This document shows, one piece after another, positions 10,178 to 18,219 of a stretch of DNA of 64,000 bases. Source of the stretch: an uncultured Christensenellaceae bacterium (GTDB lineage: Bacteria > Bacillota > Clostridia > Christensenellales > SZUA-584). The first letter of the stretch is position 1; each line of letters opens with the position of its first letter. The stretch spans positions 80,532-144,531 of the forward strand of contig CAYTUG010000001.1 of NCBI GenBank assembly GCA_964441275.1, written 5' to 3'. Below the pieces are notes generated by a model. That model searched no databases, was not told the origin of the DNA, and was given only the letters and a program-made list of their open reading frames with translations. Both the position numbers and the translations under genes were made by a program.

Positions 10178-11635
10178 TTAGTCAAAACCGCCCAACAAAT
10201 AGCTTTCCAGCTCGTCCTTTGGTTTTGCGTAATCAGCGAACGGCTCGGGCAGTTTTGTTTGTGCTGCGCAGGGAATAAGCGCCCTGCGCGAACACCAGTA
10301 CCGCAAAGCATCGGGGCTGTGCGTAATATCGTGAGGCTCATTTGCCACATCCCCCGCCCTGATTCTATCATGCTGTAAAAGCGGCAAGCAGCGCAAAAGC
10401 GGGGCACAGGTTGAAAAGATGACAAGCCTTGATTGGCCTTGCACAATCCTTAAGTATTCTTTAACATTTAACCACCCGTCAATTCGGTTGCTTCCCGCTT
10501 TTAGAAGAGGCACGCTGTTTTGCGCAAAAATTTCGGCCGCACTGCATCCGGTGTCCTGCCTTCTGCTCCATAAATCGGGCGGCGCTATAAATTGTTCAAC
10601 GGTCTCGTTTTGCGATTCTTTTATGGCTTGCGCCGCTTCGGAAACCGTAAGGTTTGATTGCTCAATGCTCCTGTAACAATACGCCCTTCCGTTTTCATCA
10701 ACTGCAAACCAAAGCACTGCAAGCATATCGAGCCCGTAATCAATCGCCGCGCTTTTATGCCAATTTTGAGGCAGCGCAAAAGGCTTGCATACATGTATTT
10801 TGTGGTTAAACTCGCAAAAGAACTGACCGGCAAACACATTCCAGTCACCTTCCAGCCATGCCCGCCTAAGCATGGGCGGCAGAGCCTGAAGCTGTCTTAT
10901 ATAATCGGCGCTTTGCATCGCCTGTTCATGCAACACTGTTTTCGCGGCTGCTCTGCCGTACTTCTTTTTAAGTTCCGCCAGCGCATCTCTATACCCCTTG
11001 TCCGAATTAAACAGAGGAGCATTATCGTATACCCGCGCCTGTATAAAAGTATAATCCCGCGCGTTTTCGCCGTATTTATAGTCCCTGTCGATAAAAAGCC
11101 TTTTTACCCACGCATGCCCTACGCCCCCCGGATTGCAGGTTATGTATGCACGTTTTGGATAATTGTTTGCCCCGCGGATACATGCGCACAGCCACGAGAA
11201 TTGATATTCCGTAAGCTGAGTAGCCTCGTCTATAAAAATTACATCGTACTCTTGCCCCTGATACTGGAGAACATCGTTTTCTTTGCTGCAATATCCAAGC
11301 TTGAGACGCGAACCGTGCGGGAAACTGAACGCTTTTTCACGTTCGCTGTATTCGGGCCTATAATGTGGCGGAATTGCGGCATAAGCCGCTTTAAGTCTTT
11401 TTGTGTGGTTTTCACGCAATTCCGGATATGTGCGCCGAACAATAAGCATCTGTATTCCGGGGTAATAATAAGCCAAAAAGGTTGCCTTCGCCCGTATAGC
11501 GTGAGATTTTCCTCCGCCTTTTGCGCCCCCGTATCCTATAAAACGTGTACGCGCTATAAGAAAAGCCTCTTGTTTTTTTGTCGGTTTGCCAAAAGCGCGC
11601 AACAACCCGTTTTCCAAACTGTCTTCTTTGTACAT
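10178..11635 (-). CDS. Phage terminase large subunit (TerL), apparently intact; start uncertain (ATG 11635 or GTG 11665)
   Basis: Walker A is YGGAKGGGKSHAIR and Walker B is DVIFIDEATQL. A C-terminal RNaseH-like nuclease region is present (AIDYGLDMLAVLW...HDITHSPDALRY). Neither candidate start has a usable SD. Confidence 0.85.
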   Translation of the reverse strand: MYKEDSLENGLLRAFGKPTKKQEAFLIARTRFIGYGGAKGGGKSHAIRAKATFLAYYYPGIQMLIVRRTYPELRENHTKRLKAAYAAIPPHYRPEYSEREKAFSFPHGSRLKLGYCSKENDVLQYQGQEYDVIFIDEATQLTEYQFSWLCACIRGANNYPKRAYITCNPGGVGHAWVKRLFIDRDYKYGENARDYTFIQARVYDNAPLFNSDKGYRDALAELKKKYGRAAAKTVLHEQAMQSADYIRQLQALPPMLRRAWLEGDWNVFAGQFFCEFNHKIHVCKPFALPQNWHKSAAIDYGLDMLAVLWFAVDENGRAYCYRSIEQSNLTVSEAAQAIKESQNETVEQFIAPPDLWSRRQDTGCSAAEIFAQNSVPLLKAGSNRIDGWLNVKEYLRIVQGQSRLVIFSTCAPLLRCLPLLQHDRIRAGDVANEPHDITHSPDALRYWCSRRALIPCAAQTKLPEPFADYAKPKDELESYLLGGFD

Positions 11636-11637
11636 AC

Positions 11638-11658
11638 AAAAAACGCCTGATACGGCGC
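11638..11658 (-). terminator. Weak hairpin + U6 between ferredoxin and terL
   Basis: The minus strand reads GCGCC-gtatca-GGCGT followed by TTTTTT, ending 3 nt before the terL ATG at 11635. The stem is only 5 bp, so function is uncertain. Confidence 0.3.
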
Positions 11659-11672
11659 TTTGCACTCCTTTC

Positions 11673-11864
11673 TTAATGTTCTATGCCGATAACTTCTACC
11701 GGACACTCCGCCGCCGCCTCGGCGGCCGCATCTTCGAGCTCTTTTGGTATCGTATCCACAACAGTTTCGGCTCGCCCGTCATCTCCTATCTGAAAAACCT
11801 CGGGGCACATCTCTGCGCACAGCCCGCACATTATGCACCCTTCTTTGTCTATTACCGCTTTCAT
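11673..11864 (-). CDS. Small [4Fe-4S] ferredoxin
   Basis: 63 aa. CIMCGLCAEMCP ... ECP is the pattern of single-cluster ferredoxins. Confidence 0.85.
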   Translation of the reverse strand: MKAVIDKEGCIMCGLCAEMCPEVFQIGDDGRAETVVDTIPKELEDAAAEAAAECPVEVIGIEH

Positions 11865-11919
11865 TTTCTCTCCCTTCCTTCCATTTAATTGGTATCATAA
11901 CCATTAATCGAGTTGCTAT

Positions 11920-12360
11920 TCAGCGCGCAAATTTTTTTAGCTTGCCAAGGTCAACACAAGGCAATTCTTCATATGCGCGGCAGCAATCCAAAGCGCCGGT
12001 TGCCTCGAGCTGTTTTATACGCAGCGCATTTGGCTTATCGCTCTCTTCCCAGTGACGCTGTATATGCAGCAAACCCATCCTTAAGCAAGAGGCGAGCCGC
12101 TCGTTGCGGGCGCAGCGTATATCGTCCCCGCTTTTGAAATAGCCCTTAAGCCACATGTTAAGCCTTTCTCTTGTAATGTCAAGAGCTATGCAAAGCCCCG
12201 ATATGCTGTACTTGCGCAGATTTTGAGCGCTTATTAAATAATCTTTTATCAGGGCGTTTATTTGCTCAATATCAACATCGCAGCTGCCATTTGAATATGT
12301 TGTAAAACGCTCTTGCTGTTTTAATCCAACGCCGCTTATACGTACATTTTTCTTTGCCAC
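11920..12360 (-). CDS. Terminase small subunit-like HTH protein (tentative)
   Basis: GTG start with a strong SD (AAGGGGGA + 4 nt). The central segment YSISGLCIALDITRERLNMWLKGY resembles the HTH core of Firmicute phage TerS proteins. It lies upstream of terL on the same strand. The assignment rests on motif and position only. Confidence 0.4.
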   Translation of the reverse strand: MAKKNVRISGVGLKQQERFTTYSNGSCDVDIEQINALIKDYLISAQNLRKYSISGLCIALDITRERLNMWLKGYFKSGDDIRCARNERLASCLRMGLLHIQRHWEESDKPNALRIKQLEATGALDCCRAYEELPCVDLGKLKKFAR

Positions 12361-12439
12361 TTAATCCCCCTTAAAGATTATTTGCTAATAAAAGCTTAAA
12401 CTAAAAATTAGCTCTGCATCGCTCAAAATATGTGGCATA

Positions 12440-12468
12440 TTCTCAGCTTTGAACTGTTATGATATAAT
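12440..12468 (+). promoter_or_regulatory. Extended -10 promoter (TTCTCA - 17 nt - TGaTATAAT)
   Basis: TTCTCA at 12440-12445, TG at 12460-12461, TATAAT at 12463-12468. It lies upstream of the gene starting at 12517. Confidence 0.45.
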
Positions 12469-12516
12469 AGTTACAGGCAGTAAACTGTCCGTTTAGGATT
12501 TTGAAAGGGTAAACAT

Positions 12517-13449
12517 TTGGCTGTTATTACAATATCCCGGCAACAATGCAGCTTTGGAAGCGAAATAGCTTCTGCCGTGGCGCAAAAACTTGGCTATACG
12601 CTTATTGCGCACGACACGTTGCTTTCTAAATTTTTTACTGAAGCCAGCGCGCACGAGCGCCACATGCTGACCGAAAGCGCAAAATTCTATCTGACACAAA
12701 ACAGTCAGTGTGAAACATATTTGAGTTTGCTTACAAGCAGATTATGCGAATACGCACAAAATAACGATTGTATTATGGTAGGCTTTGGCTCGCAGGCGAT
12801 ATTCAAAAATACAAAATCTGCGTTGCATATAAGGGTTTTTGCGCCTTTGAGCATAAGAATAGAGCGTTTGATGCGCCGATACCGTGTATCTGCAGAGCAA
12901 GCCGCCCGTATACTTGAAAAGGCGGATAAAAAGCAGAAAAAATTTGTGTCTGTGCTTTTTGGTATTTCGGTAGCCGATGTTGCCCATTATAACATGATAC
13001 TCAACACGCATTCGCTAACTGTGGATGAATGCGTTGCGGCAATTATTTCAATGCACGAGCAGCACGCCGTTATTGGGCGAATAGAACAAGAATCGCAAGA
13101 AAGCGCGGTTATGTGCAACCTTTCGGATATCGCATTGCTTAAAAATAAATCCGAAGCGGAATTTGCGCGGCTGCTCGATATGTATCATATAGATTGGGTT
13201 TACGAGCCCAAAACGTTTCCTGTAGAATGGGACGCCGCCGGAAACGTAACGTCTGCATTCAGTCCTGATTTTTATTTGCCTAAGTTCGACACATATATAG
13301 AGCTTACAACCATGAACCAAAAATACGTGACCGCAAAGAACAAAAAAATAAAAAAGCTTCGCGAGCTTTACCCCGGAATTAACATTAAAATAGTGTACAA
13401 GAAAGACTTTCATTCGTTGCTCGGGCGCTTTTTCCCGGATGGAGATTAG
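12517..13449 (+). CDS. Cytidylate kinase-like family protein fused to a C-terminal PD-(D/E)xK-like (nuclease-fold-like) domain
   Basis: TTG start. The N-terminal ~190 aa (AVITISRQQCSFGSEIASAVAQKLGYTLI...LHIRVFAPLSIRIERL) has the layout of the cytidylate-kinase-2-like family. The C-terminal ~110 aa reads DWVYEPKTFPVEWDAAGNVTSAFSPDFYLPKFDTYIELTT, a YEP...PDF...IEL pattern reminiscent of endonuclease-I/PD-(D/E)xK cores. Confidence 0.7.
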   Translation: MAVITISRQQCSFGSEIASAVAQKLGYTLIAHDTLLSKFFTEASAHERHMLTESAKFYLTQNSQCETYLSLLTSRLCEYAQNNDCIMVGFGSQAIFKNTKSALHIRVFAPLSIRIERLMRRYRVSAEQAARILEKADKKQKKFVSVLFGISVADVAHYNMILNTHSLTVDECVAAIISMHEQHAVIGRIEQESQESAVMCNLSDIALLKNKSEAEFARLLDMYHIDWVYEPKTFPVEWDAAGNVTSAFSPDFYLPKFDTYIELTTMNQKYVTAKNKKIKKLRELYPGINIKIVYKKDFHSLLGRFFPDGD

Positions 13450-13452
13450 TAT

Positions 13453-13983
13453 ATGCAAAACCCGCAGTACAAAAGAATCTTGTTTACAAAAGAGGATATC
13501 TTAAACCGCGTTTCTTCGTTGGGAGAAGCAATTTCTAAAGATTACGAAGGCAAAGAGCTTGTGCTGGTAGCTCTTTTAAAGGGTTCGCTTTATTTTTGCG
13601 CCGATTTAACCCGTGCCGTTACAATACCCGTCATGATTGATTTTATGTCAATCGGCGTGTACGCCTCGAACCAGTCGGGTATTGTGCGCATAACAAAAGA
13701 TCTTGACATAGACATAACCGCAAAACACGTTTTAATATTGGAAGACATCGTTCGTACCGGTTTAACATTGGGATACATAGTACAAACTTTAGAGGCGCGC
13801 CGCCCGGCCAGCGTAAAAATATGCTCTTTGTTTGTCAATCCCACCCAAAGGCTTATCGATGTCCCGTTAGCCTATACGGGTTTTACGGTTTCTAACGAGT
13901 GGCTGATGGGATACGGCATGGACATAGACGAAAAATGGCGCAACCTGCCTTATGTAGTCGAAATTGAAAAAGCCAACGGCTAA
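13453..13983 (+). CDS. hpt: Hypoxanthine phosphoribosyltransferase
   Basis: 176 aa. LVLVALLKGSLYFCADLTRA ... the PRPP-binding loop VLILEDIVRTGLTL ... a typical Hpt C-terminus. Confidence 0.92.
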   Translation: MQNPQYKRILFTKEDILNRVSSLGEAISKDYEGKELVLVALLKGSLYFCADLTRAVTIPVMIDFMSIGVYASNQSGIVRITKDLDIDITAKHVLILEDIVRTGLTLGYIVQTLEARRPASVKICSLFVNPTQRLIDVPLAYTGFTVSNEWLMGYGMDIDEKWRNLPYVVEIEKANG

Positions 13984-14097
13984 TTAATCTAATTATTCGG
14001 TTTTTCGGGCTTGTTTTGTATCATTTTGTGTTATTATGCCTTTACTCATGATATAATTATTTATGGTTTTGAAAAAAGTATTTAGGGAGTGTATATT

Positions 14098-15621
14098 ATG
14101 TTTTGTGCAAAATGTGGCTATAACAACCCCGATGATTCTTCCTTTTGTTTGCAGTGCGGCACTGCCGTAGCAACCCAAGCTGCGCCCGCTCAAACTGCCC
14201 AGCAGCCTCAATATCCGGCTACAGCGCCCAGACAATATCCAAAAAAGAAGACGGGGCTTATAGTTGGGATTATTATCGTTATTGTTTTGTTAGCAGCCGC
14301 GGCGGCGGTATATTTTTTCGTTTTAGATTCGCCTGCCGGCAATTGGTACTGCGCACAGCGTGCGGTTGCGCTTTATTTCGGCGACAACAATACCGCTACC
14401 CAATACACGCTTTCCGGCACAAACAGAATGAAATACGAATTTAACAAGCTGAGCGGCGCCGGTTATTTAATCTCCGAAGGCTCCCGGCTTTCTTTTAAGG
14501 TGTCCGGCAACACTTTGGAGCTTGATTCAAACAGAATTCTGTTCTTTGAAAGATTAGACAAACATTCCCATATTGGAGAAGTCATGCTTGGGGCGTTAAA
14601 CGGCGTCTGGACAAGCGACGGGGCTAAAAAGGCGTTAGAGATAAAAGACGGTAAAGCCGATGTGTATACCGCAAATGATAAACAGACGGGTATGTTGTTT
14701 TTTAACTTGAACAGCGGCGAATTCACACTTAACTTAGGCGAAGAAACCGTCGCTTTCAAAGTGGAAGATGATAAACTGAATTTCGAGTTTGAAACGTTTT
14801 CCAGGGCAGATAAAAATTTTAACATTGAAGAGTTTATTTCAACAGAATCTGCGATAACCGGCACGTGGTATGAAACGCAGGATAAAGGATTTATCACCTT
14901 TTTCCCCGATGGTACTTTAAGCTATCAACACAACAATTACGGCGGCATGGGAACGTACGTCTTCGATGAAAGCATAGGCGGCGGTTCCTTTCAATATCAC
15001 AAAGACCCGCTGGAGCAAAACCCGTTGGTTTTTACATACATATTTCATTTGGAAGGCGAAAGGCTGGTCGTGGGGGAGCAGGAATATACGCGCACTCGCG
15101 TTGAGCTGCCCAAAGCCGTACCGCCTGTTTTGGGCGCATGGTATGAAACTACGGGCATGCACGGAACGTTAGAGTTTTTCGAGGATAACACCGCCTCTAT
15201 GTCTATAAACAACAACATATATTACGGCTTTTACATATACTATGATTTAAGCGGCTTCGGACAGTTTACAGTAAATTACCCGGAGTTTGCCGTCACTTAT
15301 GACTTTTTGATTGCAGGTGAGACGTTAACGTTTGATGACTTTAGCTACACAAAAAATTATGTTGAGCAAAAAGGATCGCTGATTTTTGGAACATGGAGCA
15401 GCGTAACCGGGGTTAAAGGAACGTTCTTCTTTTCAGAGTATGGCAACGGAGTTTACTATGACATTGACGACAAATCATACAATGGCATATTTACTTTCGA
15501 TACTACTCTAAAAACGGGCATAATGACTTTTGAAGAGAACAGCTTATCAGCCGATTTCTATCTGCAAGATGGGGAGCTTATTGTTTGGAACGAAAGGTTT
15601 GCAAGAGACATTGCTAATTAA
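14098..15621 (+). CDS. Zinc-ribbon / single-TM protein with five extracytoplasmic ~75-aa repeats
   Basis: SD AGGGAG lies 8 nt before ATG 14098. The N-terminus is a zinc ribbon (FCAKCGYNNPDDSSFCLQCG), followed by a Pro/Gln linker and a TM helix (LIVGIIIVIVLLAAAAAVYFFVL). Repeats begin GNWY, GVWT, GTWY, GAWY and GTWS, each followed by beta-rich segments. Confidence 0.72.
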   Translation: MFCAKCGYNNPDDSSFCLQCGTAVATQAAPAQTAQQPQYPATAPRQYPKKKTGLIVGIIIVIVLLAAAAAVYFFVLDSPAGNWYCAQRAVALYFGDNNTATQYTLSGTNRMKYEFNKLSGAGYLISEGSRLSFKVSGNTLELDSNRILFFERLDKHSHIGEVMLGALNGVWTSDGAKKALEIKDGKADVYTANDKQTGMLFFNLNSGEFTLNLGEETVAFKVEDDKLNFEFETFSRADKNFNIEEFISTESAITGTWYETQDKGFITFFPDGTLSYQHNNYGGMGTYVFDESIGGGSFQYHKDPLEQNPLVFTYIFHLEGERLVVGEQEYTRTRVELPKAVPPVLGAWYETTGMHGTLEFFEDNTASMSINNNIYYGFYIYYDLSGFGQFTVNYPEFAVTYDFLIAGETLTFDDFSYTKNYVEQKGSLIFGTWSSVTGVKGTFFFSEYGNGVYYDIDDKSYNGIFTFDTTLKTGIMTFEENSLSADFYLQDGELIVWNERFARDIAN

Positions 15622-15690
15622 CTATTATACGGCCGCTTATAGTCGCTTTGATGCGGCGCAAATATCAATATGACTGATAAAAAACTAATG

Positions 15691-15717
15691 AAAGCCGGCG
15701 GCAAACCGGCTTTTGTT
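15691..15717. terminator. Intrinsic terminator hairpin between convergent genes
   Basis: AAAGCCGG-cggcaaa-CCGGCTTT followed by TGTT. It is A-rich on the other side, so it could act in both directions. Confidence 0.6.
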
Positions 15718-15798
15718 AATTCCTGAATGTGGCGCCTGCCGCGTACGAACAAAATAACCCGCAAAGCAAAATTTTTGACAGCACGGTGCAACAAGCCG

Positions 15799-16182
15799 TT
15801 AATCTTTGCTCAACATTTTATCCCGCAATAACTCGTAACCTTTTTTTTCGGATGTGCCGCGCTGCCGCGCAAAATTCTCTTTATTCTTCGCAATGTATCT
15901 GTTATAAAGCTCTTGTGCGTCCATACCGGTTTTTAAACACATGCTTATAAAAAAATGAAGTATGTCAACAAGCTCGTCTTTAACCTTGCCAACTTCCACC
16001 GGACTTTCATTCTTCCACCATTTAAAATTAACTTCGTCAATAAGTTCGGCAAGCTCGGATATCATGGCAAGCGTTTCCTTTTGTATCCACTGCTCCATTG
16101 TAATGTCCGTTAAACCGCGGCTTTGTATAAGTTCGGAATCAAACCGCTTCTGATACTCGAATATACTTTCCAGCTTGTCCAT
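15799..16182 (-). CDS. Dimeric-type dUTPase / all-alpha NTP pyrophosphohydrolase family protein
   Basis: Start is ATG 16182 (MDKLESIFEYQKRF), with GGAGGGG 4 nt upstream. The pattern is ...ETLAMISELAELIDEVNFKWWK...ELVDILHFFISM. It overlaps the 3' end of the M16 peptidase gene by 44 nt. Confidence 0.62.
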   Translation of the reverse strand: MDKLESIFEYQKRFDSELIQSRGLTDITMEQWIQKETLAMISELAELIDEVNFKWWKNESPVEVGKVKDELVDILHFFISMCLKTGMDAQELYNRYIAKNKENFARQRGTSEKKGYELLRDKMLSKD

Positions 16183-17443
16183 AAAACCCCTCCAAACAAT
16201 CATCAAGTTTCTCGCGGTTTTCGATTTTACCCGCAAAGACCGCGGACATCTTGTCAAAATCAAATACTTTATCTATTATGTCCGCCACACGGGAAGGCGT
16301 GACGGCGTTTATCTTTTCCAATATTTCCGCTTCGTCATATACTGTATCAAGAAGCAGCTGCGATTTGCCCATTGCGCTCATCTTGGCGTTAACGCTCTCC
16401 ATTGACAGCAGGTAATTGCCTCTTAATTGGTCTTTACCCTGCATAAAATCATCTTGACTGATTTTCTGTTCCTTTACCGCCGCAATCTCTTTCGCCATAA
16501 GCTTTAGAACAATATCGGCATTTGCAGCGCTCGTGCCCGCATAAAGTGAAAACATGCCCGAGTCTGTATATGAAGACGGGTATGAATATACCGAGTAAGC
16601 CAATCCCTTTTGCTCGCGTATAGACTGAAACAAGCGCGAGCTCATGCCGCCGCCCAAAACATTGTTAAGCACCGCTAACGCAAATCTGTCATCATCGCCA
16701 AAGGTACAGCCCGGAAAAGAAAGGCACAAATGAGTTTGCTCAACATCTCTCTCTATGTACATTACGCGCGCCCGGGGCAAAAATGGTTGAGTGCAGTCCG
16801 CCGGTTCTTTTTTGCTTCCCCTGTTGTATTCTCCTATTTTTGATTCGAGCGTCTCTATTAGCTGCTGCTGCCTGTAGCGCCCCGCCACAGAAACCACAAC
16901 GTTTGCGGGATAATAATGGTTTTGCAGGTAGTTCGCCAAATCCTCTCTGTTAAATGACGATACACTGCGGGCAGTGCCGAGTATAGGCTGTGCAAGAGTG
17001 CTCCCCGTAAAAAACAACTGAGAGTTTTTTTCGTGCGCAAGCTCTTCGACATTGTCCCCCACCATAGCAATCTCTTCCAGCACCACCCCTTTTTCTTTTT
17101 CAAGTTCCTTCGAATCAAGCGTCGGGTTGATAAAAAGATCGCACAGTACGTCTATTGCGACATCGAGCTTGTCAGGCACAACACGGGCGTGATAGCAGGT
17201 GCATTCCTTTGCCGTAAACGCATTCAGCTGCCCGCCGACCTTATCCATCTCCACCGCAATATCAAGCGCAGTCCTCTTTTGCGTGCCCTTAAACATCATG
17301 TGTTCAATCAAATGCGAAATACCGCTCTCCTCCGGGCTTTCGCATGTTGAACCGGTTTTTACCCAAATGCCAATAGCCACTGAATTATAATTATTTAGCT
17401 GCTCGGCAATTACTTTAATGCCGTTCCCAAGTTTTGTGAGCAT
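16139..17443 (-). CDS. M16 family zinc peptidase (pitrilysin/insulinase-like, MlpA/YmxG-type)
   Basis: The inverted zinc motif HLIEHMMFKGT is present. Two M16 halves; SD AAGGAG. Confidence 0.9.
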   Translation of the reverse strand: MLTKLGNGIKVIAEQLNNYNSVAIGIWVKTGSTCESPEESGISHLIEHMMFKGTQKRTALDIAVEMDKVGGQLNAFTAKECTCYHARVVPDKLDVAIDVLCDLFINPTLDSKELEKEKGVVLEEIAMVGDNVEELAHEKNSQLFFTGSTLAQPILGTARSVSSFNREDLANYLQNHYYPANVVVSVAGRYRQQQLIETLESKIGEYNRGSKKEPADCTQPFLPRARVMYIERDVEQTHLCLSFPGCTFGDDDRFALAVLNNVLGGGMSSRLFQSIREQKGLAYSVYSYPSSYTDSGMFSLYAGTSAANADIVLKLMAKEIAAVKEQKISQDDFMQGKDQLRGNYLLSMESVNAKMSAMGKSQLLLDTVYDEAEILEKINAVTPSRVADIIDKVFDFDKMSAVFAGKIENREKLDDCLEGFYGQAGKYIRVSEAV

Positions 17444-18078
17444 GTATTCTCCTTAAAAAGCATTTCATTTATCTTTAGAATAGTATAACCTTTATCGCTC
17501 ACAATTTGTACTGCTTTTTCAAATTCGCATATATTGTTTGCAAAAATGCCTACAAACATATCTTTGCGCAAACTTTGTTCAAACAATTTCGGCCAGTCCT
17601 TATTTCGTGTAAGCACCCTTAAATCTATCGAGGGCGCAACAAGGCGCACGTTTCCGCTCTCTTTGTACTGCATGACAGGAATGGTGTGCCCGCCTCCAAC
17701 GTACATCCCTTTATCGCTTTGTGCGTGCTTATCGCACACATAATACCCAACCCCATGCCCTTTTTTGCGCACCGCTTCTATAGCCATATCGTCTTGCTGG
17801 CACAGCGTACAAAAAAAGAACGTACCCTTTGCGTTTGCCCGCTCCAACACATCGATATAGGAATCTATATCGCTTTTGCTGTCGACCATTATTTGTAGCG
17901 CAACATTGTCTTCTCCTGTGCACCCTTTCATAACCGGCGCGTTTGCCGTATGCCAAAGCCCTCCGAAAGAAGCGAAATAAACAAACACAATTATTGCGCA
18001 TATACAGCAATTTATTACCGCAGTATGATTGCTCTTCAAATGTTTCACCACCGGTATATATTTATTCAAACAGCTCAC
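17410..18078 (-). CDS. Divergent polysaccharide deacetylase-like protein with N-terminal TM (YlxY-like position)
   Basis: TM helix AVINCCICAIIVFVYFASF, then VALQIMVDSKSD...KGTFFFC...GHGVGYY resembles the NodB fold. The canonical TFDDG/HxxH residues are not obvious. Its position upstream of the M16 peptidase matches the B. subtilis ylxY-mlpA arrangement. Confidence 0.45.
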   Translation of the reverse strand: MSCLNKYIPVVKHLKSNHTAVINCCICAIIVFVYFASFGGLWHTANAPVMKGCTGEDNVALQIMVDSKSDIDSYIDVLERANAKGTFFFCTLCQQDDMAIEAVRKKGHGVGYYVCDKHAQSDKGMYVGGGHTIPVMQYKESGNVRLVAPSIDLRVLTRNKDWPKLFEQSLRKDMFVGIFANNICEFEKAVQIVSDKGYTILKINEMLFKENTCSQNLGTALK

Positions 18079-18219
18079 CTCTTATGCTCAACCCCTTTTG
18101 TTGCCACAAATATAGCCAACCACAAAAAACGGCTAATGGGTGCTCAACAAACGGTTTGTCGGCCTAAAAGCTATCTGCATCAAAATTGCGTTTTTTTCAA
18201 AATATGATAGAATGTATGT

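Noticed and set aside
10658-11650. A 330-aa plus-strand ORF, plus several 60-100-aa ORFs, overlapping terL.
   Set aside because: It is antisense to a gene with clear Walker A/B and nuclease motifs. The translation is Arg/Phe/Cys-rich low-complexity with no motifs or start signals. This is a typical shadow ORF.
9981-12516. A complete or cryptic prophage surrounding the terminase genes.
   Set aside because: Only terS-like, ferredoxin and terL are present. The immediate neighbours on both sides are cellular genes (DsrE-like, WecA-like, cytidylate-kinase-like, hpt). No integrase, portal, capsid, tail or lysis genes and no att-like repeats were seen.
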